In this document: in pieces, positions 45,170 through 59,428 of the stretch
Layout of the letters: each line of letters begins with the position of its first letter
How positions within the stretch are numbered: the stretch's first letter is position 1
Source: Eledone cirrhosa
Lineage: Eukaryota
Length of the DNA stretch: 64,000 bases
Direction: 5' to 3'
Assembly: GCA_964016885.1 (NCBI GenBank)
Contig: OZ024740.1
Coordinates: forward strand, 315,642,001 to 315,706,000
The notes under the pieces: model-generated
Seen by the model: only the letters and a program-made list of their open reading frames with translations
The model's database searches: none
What the model was told of the DNA's origin: nothing
Program-made: the position numbers and the translations under genes

Positions 45170-48100
45170 TATCAGAGAGAGGGTTATAATATATATATAT
45201 ATAGAGAGAGAGAGGGAGTTATAATATATAGAGAGAGGTAGTTATAATATATAGAGAGAGGGAGTTATAATATATAGAGAGAGGGAGTTATAATATATAG
45301 AGAGAGGGAGTTATAATATATAGAGAGAGGGAGTTATAATATATAGAAAGAGAGGAGGTTATAATATATAGAAAGAGAGGGAGTTATAATATATAGAAAG
45401 AGAGAGAGTTATAATATATAGAAAGAGAGGGGGTTATAATATATAGAAAGAGAGGGGGTTATAATATATAGAAAGAGAGGGGATTATAGTATATATATAT
45501 AGAGAGAGAGAGGGAGTTATAATATATAGAGAGAGGGAGTTATAATATATAGAAAGAGAGGGGTTATAATATATAGAAAGAGAGGGGGTTATAATATATA
45601 GAAAGAGAGGGGGTTATAATATATAGAAAGAGAGGGGGTTATAATATATAGAAAGAGAGGGGGTTATAATATATAGAAAGAGAGGGGGTTATAATATATA
45701 GAAAGAGAGGGAGTTATAATATATAGAAAGAGAGAGAGTTATAATATATAGAAAGAGAGAGAGTTATAATATATAGAAAGAGAGGGAGTTATAATATATA
45801 GAAAGAGAGGGAGTTATAATATATATAGAGGGGGTTATAATATATATAGAGAGAGGGAGTTATAATATATAGAGAGAGAGGGAGTTATAATATATAGAAA
45901 GAGAGGGAGTTATAATATATAGAAAGAGAGGGAGTTATAATATATATATAGAAAGAGAGAGAGTTATAATATATATATAGAAAAAGAGAGTTATAATATA
46001 TAGAAAGAGACGGGGTTATAATATATATATATATAGAGAGAGAGGGGATTATAATATATATAGAGAGAGAGGGAGTTATAATATATAGAAAGAGAGATAG
46101 AGTTATAATATATAGAAAGAGAGAGAGTTATAATATATAGAAAGAGAGCAGGTTATAATATATAGAAAGAGAGCAGGTTATAATATATAGAAAGAGAGCA
46201 GGTTATAATATATAGAAAGAGAGGGAGTTATAATATATATATAGAAAGAGAGAGAGTTATAATATATAGAAAGAGACGGAGGTTATAATATATATATATA
46301 TATAGAGAGAGAGAGGGGGTTATAATATATATATAGAGAGAGGGAGTTATAATATATAGAAAGAGAGATAGAGTTATAATATATAGAAAAAGAGAGAGTT
46401 ATAATATATAGAAAGAGAGCAGGTTATAATATATAGAAAGAGAAAAGGTTATAATATATAGAAAGAGAAAAGGTTATAATATATAGAAAGAGAGGGGGTT
46501 ATAATATATAGAAAGAGAGAGAGTTATAATATATAGAAAGAGAGAGAGTTATAATATATAGAAAGAGAGAGGGTTATAATATATAGAAAGAGAAGGGGTT
46601 ATAATATATATAGAGAGAGTTATAATATATATATATAGAGAGAGAGGGGGAGTTATAATATATAGAAAGAGAGGGGTTATAATAGATATATATATATAGA
46701 GAGAGAGGGAGTTATAATATATGTTTCTTTATTAGCCACAGGGGCACAAAAGAAGGGGACAAATACAAAGGGGGAAGTTTACATACAATAAAAATGTGTA
46801 AAATGTTATCACAAATGCAATTTAAAAAATTAGTCGATTTTCCCCAATAGGGGGAGACAGTTCATATGGGTAACACATACCCCCGAAAAAATGTGCAACC
46901 CTCATCTCCAGGAGTACGAAGAGTTTGTACTTCTTTCCTCTCCTCCTCCTTTTCCTCAACCTACAGGCTGATATAGAGAGAAGGCCCATTCACTCGGGCC
47001 ATTCTCGCCACTTTCATAAAACTTGCTGGGGTACAGCACCTCTCTCTCCATCCTGATTCTTCTTCTAAAGTGGTATTTGAAAAAAAGAATCAGTTGTTGG
47101 CCGGAGAGAAAGGTGTCTGACCTCAGCCCTTTCAACCTTGTCCACCATACAACCTCTTTCGCCATAGCTATCACACAAAGGAAAACCGCCTCTCCTTCGT
47201 TTTTGAAGGAGGGTAGTGGTTTGATCATGACAATGGACTCGGTGGTCAACCGGATTGGTCCCACCCGCGACAATAGTCGTTCTACATAGCCCCACAGGTC
47301 AGTGACGCCCGGGCAGTGTATGAATGCGTGCGCGACGGTTTCTTCGTTATGCACGCAACTCGGACAGAGGGAGTTATAATATATAGAAAGAGAGATAGAG
47401 TTATAATATATAGAAAGAGAGAGAGTTATAATATATAGAAAGAGAGAGAGTTATAATATATAGAAAGAGAGAGAGTTATAATATATAGAAAGAGAGCAGG
47501 CTATAATATATAGAAAGAGAGCAGGTTATAATATATAGAAAGAGAGGGGTTATAATATATAGAAAGAGAGGGGGTTATAATATATAGAAAGAGAGGGGGG
47601 TTATAATATATAGAAAGAAGAGGAGGTTATAATAGATAGAAGAAGAGGAGGTTATAATAGATAGAAGAAGAGGGTGTTATAATATATAGAAAAAGGGGGA
47701 GTTATAATATATAGAAAGAGAGAGAGTTATAATATATAGAAAGAGAGGGGGTTATAATATATAGAAAGAGAGGGGTTATAATATATAGAAAGAGAGGGGG
47801 TTATAATATATAGAAAGAGAGGGGGTTATAATATATAGAAAGAGAGAGGGTTATAATATATAGAAAGAGAGAGGGTTATAATATATCGAAAGAGAGAGAG
47901 GGTTATAATATATCGAAAGAGAGAGAAAGTTATAATATATCGAAAGAGAGAGAAAGTTATAATATATCGAAAGAGAGAGAGAGTTATAATATATAGAAAG
48001 AGAGAGTGATAATATATAGAAGGAGAAAGAGTTATAATATATAGAAAAAGAGAGAGTTATAATATATAGAAAGAGAGGGGGTTATAATATATAGAAAGAG

Positions 48101-49435
48101 AGGGGTTATAATATATAGAAAGAGAGGGGGTTATAATATATAGAAAGAGAGAGGGTTATAATATATAGAAAGAGAGAGAGGGTTATAATATATCGAAAGA
48201 GAGAGAGGGTTATAATATATTGAAAGAGAGAGAGGGTTATAATATATCGAAAGAGAGAGAGGGTTATAATATATCGAAAGAGAGAGAGGGTTATAATATA
48301 TCGAAAGAGAGAGAGAGTTATAATATATCGAAAGAGAGAGAGAGTTATAATATATAGAAAGAGAGAGAGAGTTATAATATATAGAAAGAGAGAGTTATAA
48401 TATATAGAAAGAGAGAGTTATAATATATAGAAAGAGAGAGAGATAATATATAGAAAGAGAGAGAGATAATATATAGAAGGAGAAAGAGTTATAATATATA
48501 GAAAGAGAGGGGTTATAATATATAGAAAGAGAGGGGTTATAATATATAGAAAGAGAGAGAGAGAGAGAGTTATAATATATAGAAAGAGAGAGAGAGAGTT
48601 ATAATATATAGAAAAAGAGAGAGAGAGTTATAATATATAGAAAGAGAGTGAGTTATAATATATAGAAAGAGAGGTTATATATAGAGAGAGGAGGTTATAT
48701 ATAGAGAGAGGAGGTTATATATAGAGAGAGGAGGTTATAATATATAGAAAGAGAGAGGGTTATAATATATAGAAAGAGAGAGGGTTATAATATATATAGA
48801 AAGAGAGAGGGTTATAATATATATAAAAAGAGAGAGTTATAATATATAAAAAGAGAGAGTTATAATATATAAAAAGAGAGGGGGTTATATATATAGAAAG
48901 AGAGGAGGGTATAATATATAGAAAGAGAGGCGGGTATAATATATAGAAAGTGTGAGAGTTATAATATATAGAAAGAGAGAGAGTTATAATATATAAAAAG
49001 AGAGAGTTATAATATATAAAAAGAGAGGGGGTTATAATATATAGAAAGAGAGGAGGGTATAATATATAGAAATAGAGGCGTGTATAATTTATAGAAAGTG
49101 TGAGAGTTATAATATATAGAAAGAGAGAGAGTTATAATATATAGAAAGAGAGAGGGTTATAATATATAGAAAGAGAGAGGTTTATAATATATAGAAAGAG
49201 AGGAGGTTATAATATATAGAAAGAGAGGGGTTATAATATATAGAAAGAGAGGAGGTTATAATATATAGAAAAAGAGGGGGTTATAATATATAGAAAGAGA
49301 GGAGGTTATAATATATAGAAAGAGAGGGGTTATAATATATATATATAGAGAGAGGGAGTTATAATATATAGAAGGAGAGAGGGTTATAATATATATATAT
49401 AGAGAGAGAGAGCGAGGGTTATAATATATAGAGAG
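45170..49435. repeat. Minisatellite of about 22-26 bp, gttataatatatagaaagagaggg
   Basis: Direct inspection. Interrupted at 46723-47367. Confidence 0.97.
46723..47367 (-). mobile_element. L1/Tx1-clade LINE 3' fragment
   Basis: CPSCVHNEETVAHAFIHC zinc knuckle, then W, AKEVVWWTR. 3' UTR ends aataaagaaa. Confidence 0.8.
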
Positions 49436-49679
49436 AACGTTATTGGTTATTTATGAATGTATCTGGAAAAACCCCGTATCTTAGGAACCCATTCTCTGAT
49501 TTACGTGAAACTTGCTTTATTCCCATTTGTATTCCCATTTCAGGGGCAACTTCCTTTCAAAGTATTTTCCCATCATGCACTGTTTTGGCTGTATTACATT
49601 ACAGACAAGCACACAATCACAAAGTTTTAGTAGTGTATAGATAATCACGATGTCATTATATAATCACGAGATTATAAAA

Positions 49680-49829
49680 TAATTGTTTCTACGTTTGGCA
49701 CAAGGCCAGCAAATACCCAGTGCATTACTGGTACTTTATTTTATCGACCCCAGAAGGAACTCAGAATGGCAAGGGCCATAACTCTTTACGTCAAAGCATG
49801 GCGTCCGACCCTCTACCAATACTGCCAAT
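49680..49829 (-). mobile_element. OK-like SINE with internal deletion
   Basis: TSD gagattataaaataat. Confidence 0.8.
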
Positions 49830-49902
49830 GAGATTATAAAATAATGAAAGGTTATGGTTATATAAACATGATGTTATACATGTCATACAAAAAGACATCT
49901 AG

Positions 49903-50885
49903 AGTCATATGTAGTTAGGTGTCACATATAGCCAGGTGTCACAATAGTCATATGTAACCAGGTGTCACAAGAGTCATATGTAGCCAGGTACCACAGCTAC
50001 CATATGTAGCCAGGTACCACAGGTGTCATATGTAACCAGGTACCACAGGAGTCATATGGAACCAGGTACCACAGGAATCATATGGAACCAGGTACCACAG
50101 GAGTCATATGTAACCAGGTACCACAGATGTTATATGTAGCCAGGTACCACAGGTGTCATATGTAGCCAGGTACCACAGGTGTTATATGTAGCCAGGTACC
50201 ACAGGTGTTATATGTAGCCAGGTACCACAGGTGTCATATGTAGCCAGCTACTACAGGAGCCATATGTAACCAGGTACCACAGTGGTCATATGTAGCCAGC
50301 TACTACAGGAGCCATATGTAGCCAGGTACCACAGGTGTCATATGTAGCCAGCTACTACAGGAGCCATATGTAACCAAGTACCACAGTGGTCATATGTAGC
50401 CAGATGTCACAGGTGTCATATGTAGCCAGATGTCACAGGTGTCATATGTAGCCAGATGTCACAGGTGTCATATGTAGCCAGATGTCACAGGTGTCATATG
50501 TAGCCAGATGTCACAGGTGTCATATGTAGCCAGATGTCACAGGTGTCATATGTAGCCAGATGTCACAGGTGTCATATGTAGCCAGATGTCACAGGTACCA
50601 TATGTATCCAGGTGTCACAGGTGCCATATGTAGCTAGGTGTCACAGGAGTCATATGTAGCCAGGTGTCACAGGAGTCATATTTAGCCAGGTGTCACAGGA
50701 GTCATATTTAGTCAGGTGTCACAGGAGTCATAAGTAGCCAAGTACCACAGGAGTCATAAGTAGCCAAGTACCACAGGAGTCATAAGTAGCCAAGTACCAC
50801 AGGTGTCATATGTAGCCAGCTACCACAGGTGCCTTATGTAGCCAGGTGTCACAGGAGTCATATGTAGCCGGGTGCCATATGCAGC
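49903..50885. repeat. 26-bp minisatellite
   Basis: Unit gtcatatgtagccag(gtac/atgt)cacaggt. Confidence 0.95.
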
Positions 50886-51249
50886 CCATGTTTGAGTTAC
50901 ATGCCATGGTGATTAGAGATATAAGGAATGTTAATTACAATTGATTAAGGCAAAATGAAACAATGCTGATATTTAGGAAATAGATATGAAAGTGTCATTA
51001 ACTGCAATCAGTTACAGTATGAATTCCTGCGAGCCAATTCTAAATCATATAATACATGTAAAGGACACACCACCCTCACCAGCTAAATATCCTGCAAACG
51101 TCATATATGTCAAACTTGCTTACTTATTCCCTCCCTCCAAAGCCTCACCCTTGATAGACCTGGCCTGCCCAACCCACACATACAAGCTGGGCACGCTCTA
51201 CATCTGATCTCCCACAATGCCATTGTCACAACAAAAAGCATTAAGTCCA

Positions 51250-51601
51250 CCCTGGATGCTGATCCAGTGCCATAACAATAAAAGCACCCAGTTCACCCTA
51301 TAAGGTGGTTGTGCTGGTGACTTGACAAACTCCTAGTCCACTCTGTAAGGTGGTCATGCTGGTGACATGACAAAAGGCTCCCAGTTCACCCTGCAAGGTG
51401 GTCGTTTCAGTTCCACAATAAAAGGCACCCAATCTACAATGTAACATGGTTGGTGTTTGGAAGGGCATCCAACTGTAGAAGCCAAGCCAAAATACAGAGC
51501 TGTATGAGCACGATTTGTCTCCAGAGCTGAGTTGTCTCAACGTGACAACCCATACAAATGTGGAAAAATAGACGTTAAATGATGACGATGATGATGATGA
51601 T
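51250..51601 (+). mobile_element. RTE-type 3' tail with sub-repeats of about 46 bp
   Basis: ggttggtgtttggaagggcatcc...gacgttaaatgatgacgatgatg. Confidence 0.7.
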
Positions 51602-52225
51602 ATGCAGACTATTTGATAAATATTAATTTCCAATTTGATTAGTTAAGATATTTGACTCCTCTCAATTACAATGTTTATATATTCTTAAAGTAATTTGTTT
51701 ACCCTATGAACACTTATTACGGTTAAAGGGAAACCTTGAGGATAATGACCAGATGTTATATTCCCATGATACAAGGGCATGCAAAGACCCAGTTATTGCT
51801 TTTGCTACAGTGTTAATAATTAATGAATATATTAATTTCTCACATTGGAATAATGTCACAGATTTGTCAGGGAAGAGTACAGTTAATTAAATTAAGGAAA
51901 ATACATATTTCATACTTATTTCATTGACCTCAGAAGGATGAGAAGCAAAGGAAATCACCACAGGATTTGAACTCAGAATGAAAAAAATAAAACGTATATT
52001 CTTAAATACTAAAGTATTTAACAAGACATTCCAGCATGCTGTCACTTCATTGCTTAATAGTAATTATTAGTCCATGCTGTAGTTTAGTTTAGCTATGATA
52101 GTCATCAATCTTACAGGTGTTACTACTCTCAAGATATTTTGAAATAGTTGCCACTAAATGACGGCAATGTAGGGACACAAATTTGAAATCTAATTGTATT
52201 ATATCAAATCTTGACTCAAACTATA

Positions 52226-52745
52226 GGGATTAGCAGAATCGGTAGAGCGTCGAATACCATGCTTTGCAGCACAGAGTTATGGCCCTTTACGTTCCGAGTT
52301 CAAATCCAGCTGGAATTACTTTTGCCTTTCATCCTTACAGGGTTGATAAAATAAAATACCAGTGATGGACTGGAGTCGATTTAGTTGACTTCCCCTCACC
52401 TAAATTGCTGGCCTTGTTCCAAATGTAGAAACATTATCGGATTGGCAGAATTGGTAGAACATCGGGCAACATGCTTTTTCAGTATAGAATTATGGCCCTT
52501 TACGTTCAGAGTTCAAGCCCTGCTGGGGTTACCTTTGCCTTTTATCCTTATGGGATTGATAAATAAAGCACCAGTAATGCACTGGGGTCGATTTAATTGA
52601 CTTTCGCTTTCCCCAAAAAATTATTGGCCTTGTGCCTAAATGAGAAACCATTATTATCTTCATCTATAACAGTGAAATGGCAGTATCGATAGAACATCAG
52701 ACAACATCCTTTGCGACATAGAGTTACGGCCCTTTGCGTTCTGGT
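52226..52745 (+). mobile_element. Head-to-tail cluster of three OK-like SINEs
   Basis: Repeated ggcagaatcggtaga...gagttcaa...gcctttcatcc bodies. The last copy is partial. Confidence 0.8.
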
Positions 52746-53167
52746 TTCAAACCTTTTTTAAGGCCACATAAAAATCAATAGTCACATTTGGTTTAAACAT
52801 CAGATTTAGTTTATCTTGAAGTTTCAATTTATAAAGAAATGGATATTAATTAATTCACAATATTAAATCTAAAAACTAATTTGTTATTTCCCAATCAAAA
52901 TAATCTTTAATTAGAATAATGCCTATAAACTCATTTGCTATGGCTGACACTTTGTATTAAATCATACAGTAACTAGTCAGAATTTCTATATGAATTTAAT
53001 GTGGGGTTTCAATATGAATTTAATATGGGATATTAGTAACTGTATATACTTAATATCAGATGTTTTTGTCATGACAACTGAGTCTATAGACATTCTAATT
53101 AGGGGTTGTTTTCCTTAGGAAATAACTAAATAACTTAACTGTATGATAATATTCAAAATTTAAATTA

Positions 53168-53750
53168 ATCATCATCATCACCATTTAAAGTCCATTTTTC
53201 CGCACTAGTATGGGTTAGATGAGTTGTCCCATTGTGAGACAAGCCAGATAAGATGACCGTGTCTTGCTAATACAGAACTGTTTCTGGCTTAGTTTCTACA
53301 GCTGGATGACCTTCCCAACGCCAACCACTTTACAGTGTGGACTGTGTGTATTTTATTGTAACACCAAAACGACCATTTTACAGTGTGGTATGGGTGTTTT
53401 TTGTTGTGGTACCAAAACGACCACTTTGCAGTGTGGTATGGGTGTTTTTGTTGTGGCACCAAAATGACCACTTTACAGTGTGGTATGGGTGTTTTTGTTG
53501 TGGCACCAAAATGACCACTTTACAGTGTGGTATGGGTGTTTTTGTTGTGGCACCAAAATGACCACTTTACAGTGTGGTATGGGTGTTTTTGTTGTGGCAC
53601 CAAAATGACCACTTTACAGTGTGGTATGGGTATTTTTGTTGTGGCACCAAAACGACCACTTTACAGTGTAGTATGGGTGTTTTTGTTGTGGCACCAAAAC
53701 GACCACTTTACAGTGTGGTATGGGTGTTTTTGTTGTGGCACCAAAACGAC
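53168..53750 (-). mobile_element. RTE-type tail with 47-bp tandem array (about 9 units)
   Basis: (CAT)n, then accactttacagtgtggtatgggtgtttttgttgtggcaccaaaatg repeats. Confidence 0.85.
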
Positions 53751-53892
53751 TTGAAATCCATACCTCATTGAGGCAGCAAAATTGAAATTTAGAATTGCAT
53801 GGGAGAAAAAAAACAAAAAAATAAAATGAAAACAGGAATTATCTGTGTCTAATATTTATTTTCTTTCCTCTTTTTGTCTCTGCTTTGTTGTT

Positions 53893-54495
53893 GTGGATTG
53901 GCAGTATCGGTAGAGGGTCGTAACTATGCTTTCCAGCATAGTTACGTCCCTTTACGATCTGAGTTCAAATCCCGCCGAGGTTGACTTTGCTTTTCATCCT
54001 TACGGGGTCGATAAAATAAAGTACCTGTAATGCACTGGGTAATTGCTGGCCTTGTGCCTAAAGTAGAAACAATTATTATTATTATCATTATAAGGGTAGT
54101 GAATTGGCAGTATCGGTAGAGCATCAGACACCATGTTTTGAAGCATAGAGTTACGGTCTTTTACGATCTGAGTTCAAATCCTGCTGAGGCTAACTTTATC
54201 TATCATCCTTTCGGGGTACCAGTAATGCACTGGGTAATTGCTGGCCTTGTGCCAAAAGTAGAAACAATTATTATTTATTTGAAGGCGGTGGATTGGCTGT
54301 TAGTGTTGGATAAATATATAGCCACATTTGTTCCAGCTCTTTATGTTCTGAGTTTGAATCCTGCCAAAGTCAACTTTGTTTTTCATCCTTCCAGGGTCAA
54401 TAAAATAAAGTACCAGTCATGTACTGGAGTTGATTTAATTGACTTCCTTCCACCTCCAAAATAACTAACTACCCTTGTGCCTAAAGCAGAAATCA
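53893..54495 (+). mobile_element. Head-to-tail cluster of three OK-like SINEs
   Basis: Copies start at about 53893, 54095 and 54284. Confidence 0.8.
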
Positions 54496-54969
54496 TTCAT
54501 TTATTTTATAGTTTATATCGAGAAATTAAATTTCTAATCTAGAATGTTCTTGAAGATTACTGCATATTAAATCAAACTGGTCAAATCATTGACCAATTGC
54601 TCTTCTGGTTTGCTGAAGTCAATGCCTGCAGCAATTGCCTGTCCTAGCAACTGCTGTTTATGGTGCCAGATGTATTTGTATATACTGTTTTGTTACACAT
54701 AATCAATAGGATTATTTGAATTAATTTTTAAATGTTCACTTTCTAAGTTGTATTTTGCACATCAACTTTTTATGATATTTAATGCAGTTCAAATATGTTA
54801 ATTACTGAGAAAAATGTGTTGCAGTTATTTATATTTTGTATTGGAGAGGTCAGAAGGAGAGTGTTAGTCTTGTACTCTCAATTGCCTAATGTACATGAAA
54901 CTGAGATAAGCTCTGAGCTTTGTCCAACTGTTCAAGCTTAGAAATACAGATGTAAACTAATAACTCATA

Positions 54970-55069
54970 CAGGGTGTCCTCAAAAATGTATACACACTTT
55001 GATTACCTGTACAGGCAATATTTATCAGAATGCTGTTTAAGTATCTATACATTTTTGGGGGACACCCTG
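54970..55069. mobile_element. Tiny Tc1/mariner MITE
   Basis: TA-CAGGGTGTCCtcaaaaatgtata...tatacatttttggGGACACCCTG-TA. Confidence 0.8.
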
Positions 55070-55619
55070 TATAATCTTCCAAAATGGCTAACTCCACTAC
55101 ATTTTCCTCCTGAAAACAGAATATTTTCCCTTGTTTTCTTTGATAAAAATTTCAGATTCATATGGTTTTCCTGTTGCTCTATGAGTCTTTGGTTTTTGAT
55201 TTTTCCTGTAAGTGAATATTTTATTGCAAAATAAGGCTTTTTCTGGAACAGAGTACCAACCAGTTACAAACTGTATTAACAGTAAAATAAACAATATATT
55301 CTAACTTTTTTTTAAGACCATGAAATCATCTCTTCCAATGATATTGTGTTTAGAAAAATTTAAGTCTTATATATTTTATAGTCGTCATCGTTGTTGTCAT
55401 CATCATACTTATATCCACTCTTCTATGCTGGCATGGTTTGGACATGACTTCGAGGTAGTTTCTCTATGGCTGGATGTTCTTCCCTATGCCAACCCATACT
55501 TTGTTTTTATTGTTGACAGCAACTACACTATGGGATATATTGTTATGTGGGACATAAACAAATATTACTGGCTGCTTTAAAAATTGTTGATATTAAAACC
55601 TATGTAATAAACTGACTTA

Positions 55620-55765
55620 TACACATATATGATGGGCTTCATTACAGTTTTTGTCTACCAAATTCATTCATAAGGCATTGGTTGATCTGCAGCTATATAG
55701 TAGAAGACACTTGCCCAAGGTGTTGTGCAGTTGAATACAACCTAAATTCACATGAATGGGAACCC
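55620..55765 (-). mobile_element. OR-like SINE fragment
   Basis: gtctaccaaattc...tagtagaagacacttgcccaaggtg. Confidence 0.65.
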
Positions 55766-56232
55766 AAGAGGGGGAGAGAGAGAGTGGCAGATTATGAGAC
55801 AAACAAAGGCATAGAGAAATAATGATGTGGGGGAGGGGGGAGAGAGAGACAGAAATAGTCACAAGAGAGAAAAAAAAATGAAGAAAGATTTTTTAAAGAA
55901 ATATTTAAAGACAGATTAAAAGACAGGCAGAAAAACAGAAATAGAAGTAATGAGAATAAAGTGGAAGCAGAAGTGAAGACTACATATTTGTGTCAAACAT
56001 ATATAAAGTTGATTTCCTTTCCTGCCTCCTTATAAAGTAGTTAATACCCTAGATATACTATAGTGGAGAATCAAAAAAGGGGTCGTGGAAATAAGCATTC
56101 CTATTTGATGTAAGGATACTTGATTATTGGTAGACCTCATTTCACCCACCTCATTAAAAAAAAACAAAATAGTTTTCCATCTGTTTTTATTTTGATAGGT
56201 TGAAGTAAGTGGTTTTATATAGAACTGCCTTA

Positions 56233-56370
56233 ATAGCTGAAGCTATCAGGGAGGAGTCAGCCACCTGCAAGTGTGAGCCCTGCGAGGTGGAGTGGCTGTT
56301 TCAGCATGTCTCCCTCGCCATCCTCCAGGGCAATGCATTCTCCATCCTGTCAGCCAGGACCCATCTTTAA
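56233..56370 (+). mobile_element. CRE-clade non-LTR retrotransposon C-terminal fragment
   Basis: EPCEVEWLFQHVSLAILQGNAFSIL resembles the CRE terminal LFQRLS.A..RGNA..IL motif. Confidence 0.6.
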
Positions 56371-57242
56371 GATTGAGGTTCAATGAGATGAATCCATCCT
56401 AGAACATAACTTATACTTAATTCATTGATTCAAGAGAAATGGCAAAGTTGATTCAGATTGAATCTGACCTTGTAATAGAAAGACAAGACTAAATGTATAG
56501 CATTCTGTTTTAACCACTCCTCACCTCACTATACGTGGGTCGACAGAAATGTTCATAGCACACTATGTAGGAATGATGCTAGAGCTGTGAAATCTTGGAT
56601 GCATTAATTTCAACTCTTCTTATTAATAACTGCATTATTTCTTTCCAGGATCTATGTTGAATAATAAACCTCATTTGGTCATTCTATGAGAGTATCTTAG
56701 TCATAGACGCTAGAGCTGGGAAATCTTACATGCATATAAATAGGTAAACGTGGTATCTTGGTCAGCCGATGAACTTTTCAGCTGACCCTCATACTATCAA
56801 AGAAATAACGATGTATTTTGACATGAGAAGGTCCAGTTGGCGTGTTAACCAAAAAGATGATTATTCCTTGTTATCAAGCTCTGTACTTCCATAGTCAAAA
56901 TATTTGATTTTTAACCCTTTTGATAGCAGCCTGCCTAAAACCCACCTCTGGATCTAAGAAATAAAACCCATAATTTTAACCCTTTATCGTTTAAACCAGC
57001 CATATCTGGCCAGAATTCTCTCACCTCTTTCTGTTCAAACCAGCCATAACCAGCTGCTTATACTGATGTTAAGGTATTGTTCTCAAAATCTTGTAGATTC
57101 AATATTATGTGAGATAAAGTGTTTACTATGAAAATACAATAGTATACATAGAGTATTGTAAATGCTAAAGGATTAAAGGATTTTTATTTACTCTAAAACC
57201 TTCCAATATAATTTTACTTTTGTTAAGTCATTAAAAACACCA

Positions 57243-57709
57243 TCTAAACTATAATAAAGTAAGAAGCGCAGGACTGCGTACAGTTTATAATTTTTTATCC
57301 CCTTAGTAAAATAAGTTGGATTACTTTGAATAAATAATTAATGAATATTACATAATTTATCTACTGAATTTCGTGGTTGTTCATTAAATATATTTTATTA
57401 CTTATTTAAAGATTCACTTCTTTAAAATTTTCAAATGTCAACACTTCCGGTTAGCAATCGTTTAAATAAACATACATATATTTCTGTCACTAATGCAGTT
57501 TATATATAATATCATCTTTTTTTAATGTATCATGGATTACGTTACTGATTACATAAGAGAGTGTAACACAGTCTTCGTTCAATTTCTGTGTATATTGTCA
57601 ATTACGATTTTATTTGATCATATCTACATGCATATATACTTGCGTATAATATCAATATACACACTACACATGCTAGCAGTGAACCACCCGAGGATGGTTT
57701 TTCTGCAAG
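57243..57709 (+). mobile_element. Non-autonomous Helitron (same family as 5978-6483)
   Basis: A|TC start, colinear similarity, degenerate terminal hairpin. Confidence 0.8.
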
Positions 57710-58863
57710 TCTTAATAATGATTTCTACTATAGGCAAAGGCCAACAACTTTGGGGGAGAGGAAAGTCGCATTACTTGCTTTATTTTATTGCACCAGTAAT
57801 GCACTGGGGTCAATTTGATCAACTTTCTCCTCCCCCAAAGTTGCTGGCCTCGTGCCTAACTTTAGTAAATAAATCCCTCAAAATTCTTTAATAACTAATT
57901 CAAATATTGCAATGTATTTCATTAGAAATAGGTAAATAAAAGGGTTAAACATAGCCACAAAAAGTGGGTACAATGTATAATCGACAGCAATATAGGTTTC
58001 ATACAGATGGGCTGTCATGTTGATTTGCCTTAGGTACACTTTACTAAGGTGTGTCATGAGTCAATGAGTAACAACCTCCCTAGTACTGCTTCCACAATAA
58101 AATGCACCAAACCCACCCTGTAAAATGGTAGTGCTTGTGTCATGGTAAAATACACCCAACCCACCCTGTAAAGTGGTAGTGCTGGTGTTGTGATATAATG
58201 CACTTCGTACACATTGCAAAATGGTTGATATTAGGAAGGACATCAAGTAATAGAACTAATGCCAAAATGGAAAGTATGAGCAAGATCTGAACCTGACTCA
58301 AATCTCAAAACATGACAACCTATCCAACACAGGCCAGTGTAGTAAATGATCATAAAACAGTGAGGATGATGTATACATAAATACATACATACATATACAC
58401 ATACATACACACACACTCAAATTCTTTTACATTACCATTATTACCAATTTATTGTTTTTTGCTCTGTAACTATGATTTAGCAGAAATTATCTAAAACCAA
58501 ATTTGTTAATTCTAATGTTTATAGTGTCTTTACTAATGGACAAATTATTGTAAAAATTTGCAGTAAACTAAAGTAACAACTTCAATTTTTAAAGTGATAG
58601 TCATAGTTTTGTTTTGTAGTTTTCAGGAATATCTTGCTAATGCAACTTTACGTGGTACAGGACATTAAGAGTTAATAGGACATGTTAATTATTTAATGTT
58701 ATAGGGATTTCAAGAGAATCCTATTCCCAGATTAAATCCTTAGCTAATGGACAACAACTTTAGTTTATCCAATTGTAATTGTCATTTGAAGATTTATTTA
58801 GTTTAGCTAGATTAAAATAGACAAGTATGTAGGCAAACATAGCAAAAATAGAGCATGAGACTT

Positions 58864-59221
58864 TACTTTCGGGTCTCGAATAATACCCACTCCAGATTTT
58901 TTTCCAATCCACCACCGCTTATTAAATTTTGCTAATCTATCTCTGGTGAAATTTTATGTTAAATGGTAGCATTTCTGCAACAGTTAAATTTCTTTAGACA
59001 TTAAAAATACGTTATACATGACAAAAAAGTACATTACTAGAAATCCTATATGTTATAAAATAAATAGGATAGGTTAGAGGTCTCAATATGTAAACTAAAC
59101 AACTAATTCGGGTTTTTTAAAAAATCAAGGGAGACAACCTAGAAAAATTACCGATTTTCCAACTCCCATGCTTATTCCAGTCCCCCACCCCCACCCCACT
59201 ATTATTTGGGACCCAAGAGTA
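58864..59221. mobile_element. TA-flanked MITE
   Basis: TIRs tactttcgggtctcgaataata / tattatttgggacccaagagta. Confidence 0.7.
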
Positions 59222-59428
59222 ATCGTCTTTTTATTGATTATTTGATAGTGTTTATGAAGTAGCTAGAAGTTATTTCTAAGAAGTTTAAAGCAAATATAAC
59301 AACAATATAAGGGGAAGATCAGATGATAATCCCTTTCCTATTGTGAGTTACAGATCTAATAGTTTCAGCGTAATATTTGAATTTTTTCTTTGGACCCACT
59401 TTTGGACAGACCATCATTATCATATAAG

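Larger units (their letters stand above)
45122..49641 (-). mobile_element. Non-autonomous Helitron inflated by a minisatellite
   Basis: Minus strand A|TCTATACACTACTAAAA start at 49641. Terminal hairpin actagaccacccgt..acgggtggtctagt and CTAG|T end at 45122. Confidence 0.75.

Noticed and set aside
54573-54685. Minus-strand frame IYKYIWHHKQQLLGQAIAAGIDFSKPEEQLVNDLTSLI*
   Set aside because: Protein-like, but the acceptor lacks a pyrimidine tract and I recognise no family. Needs a BLAST search.
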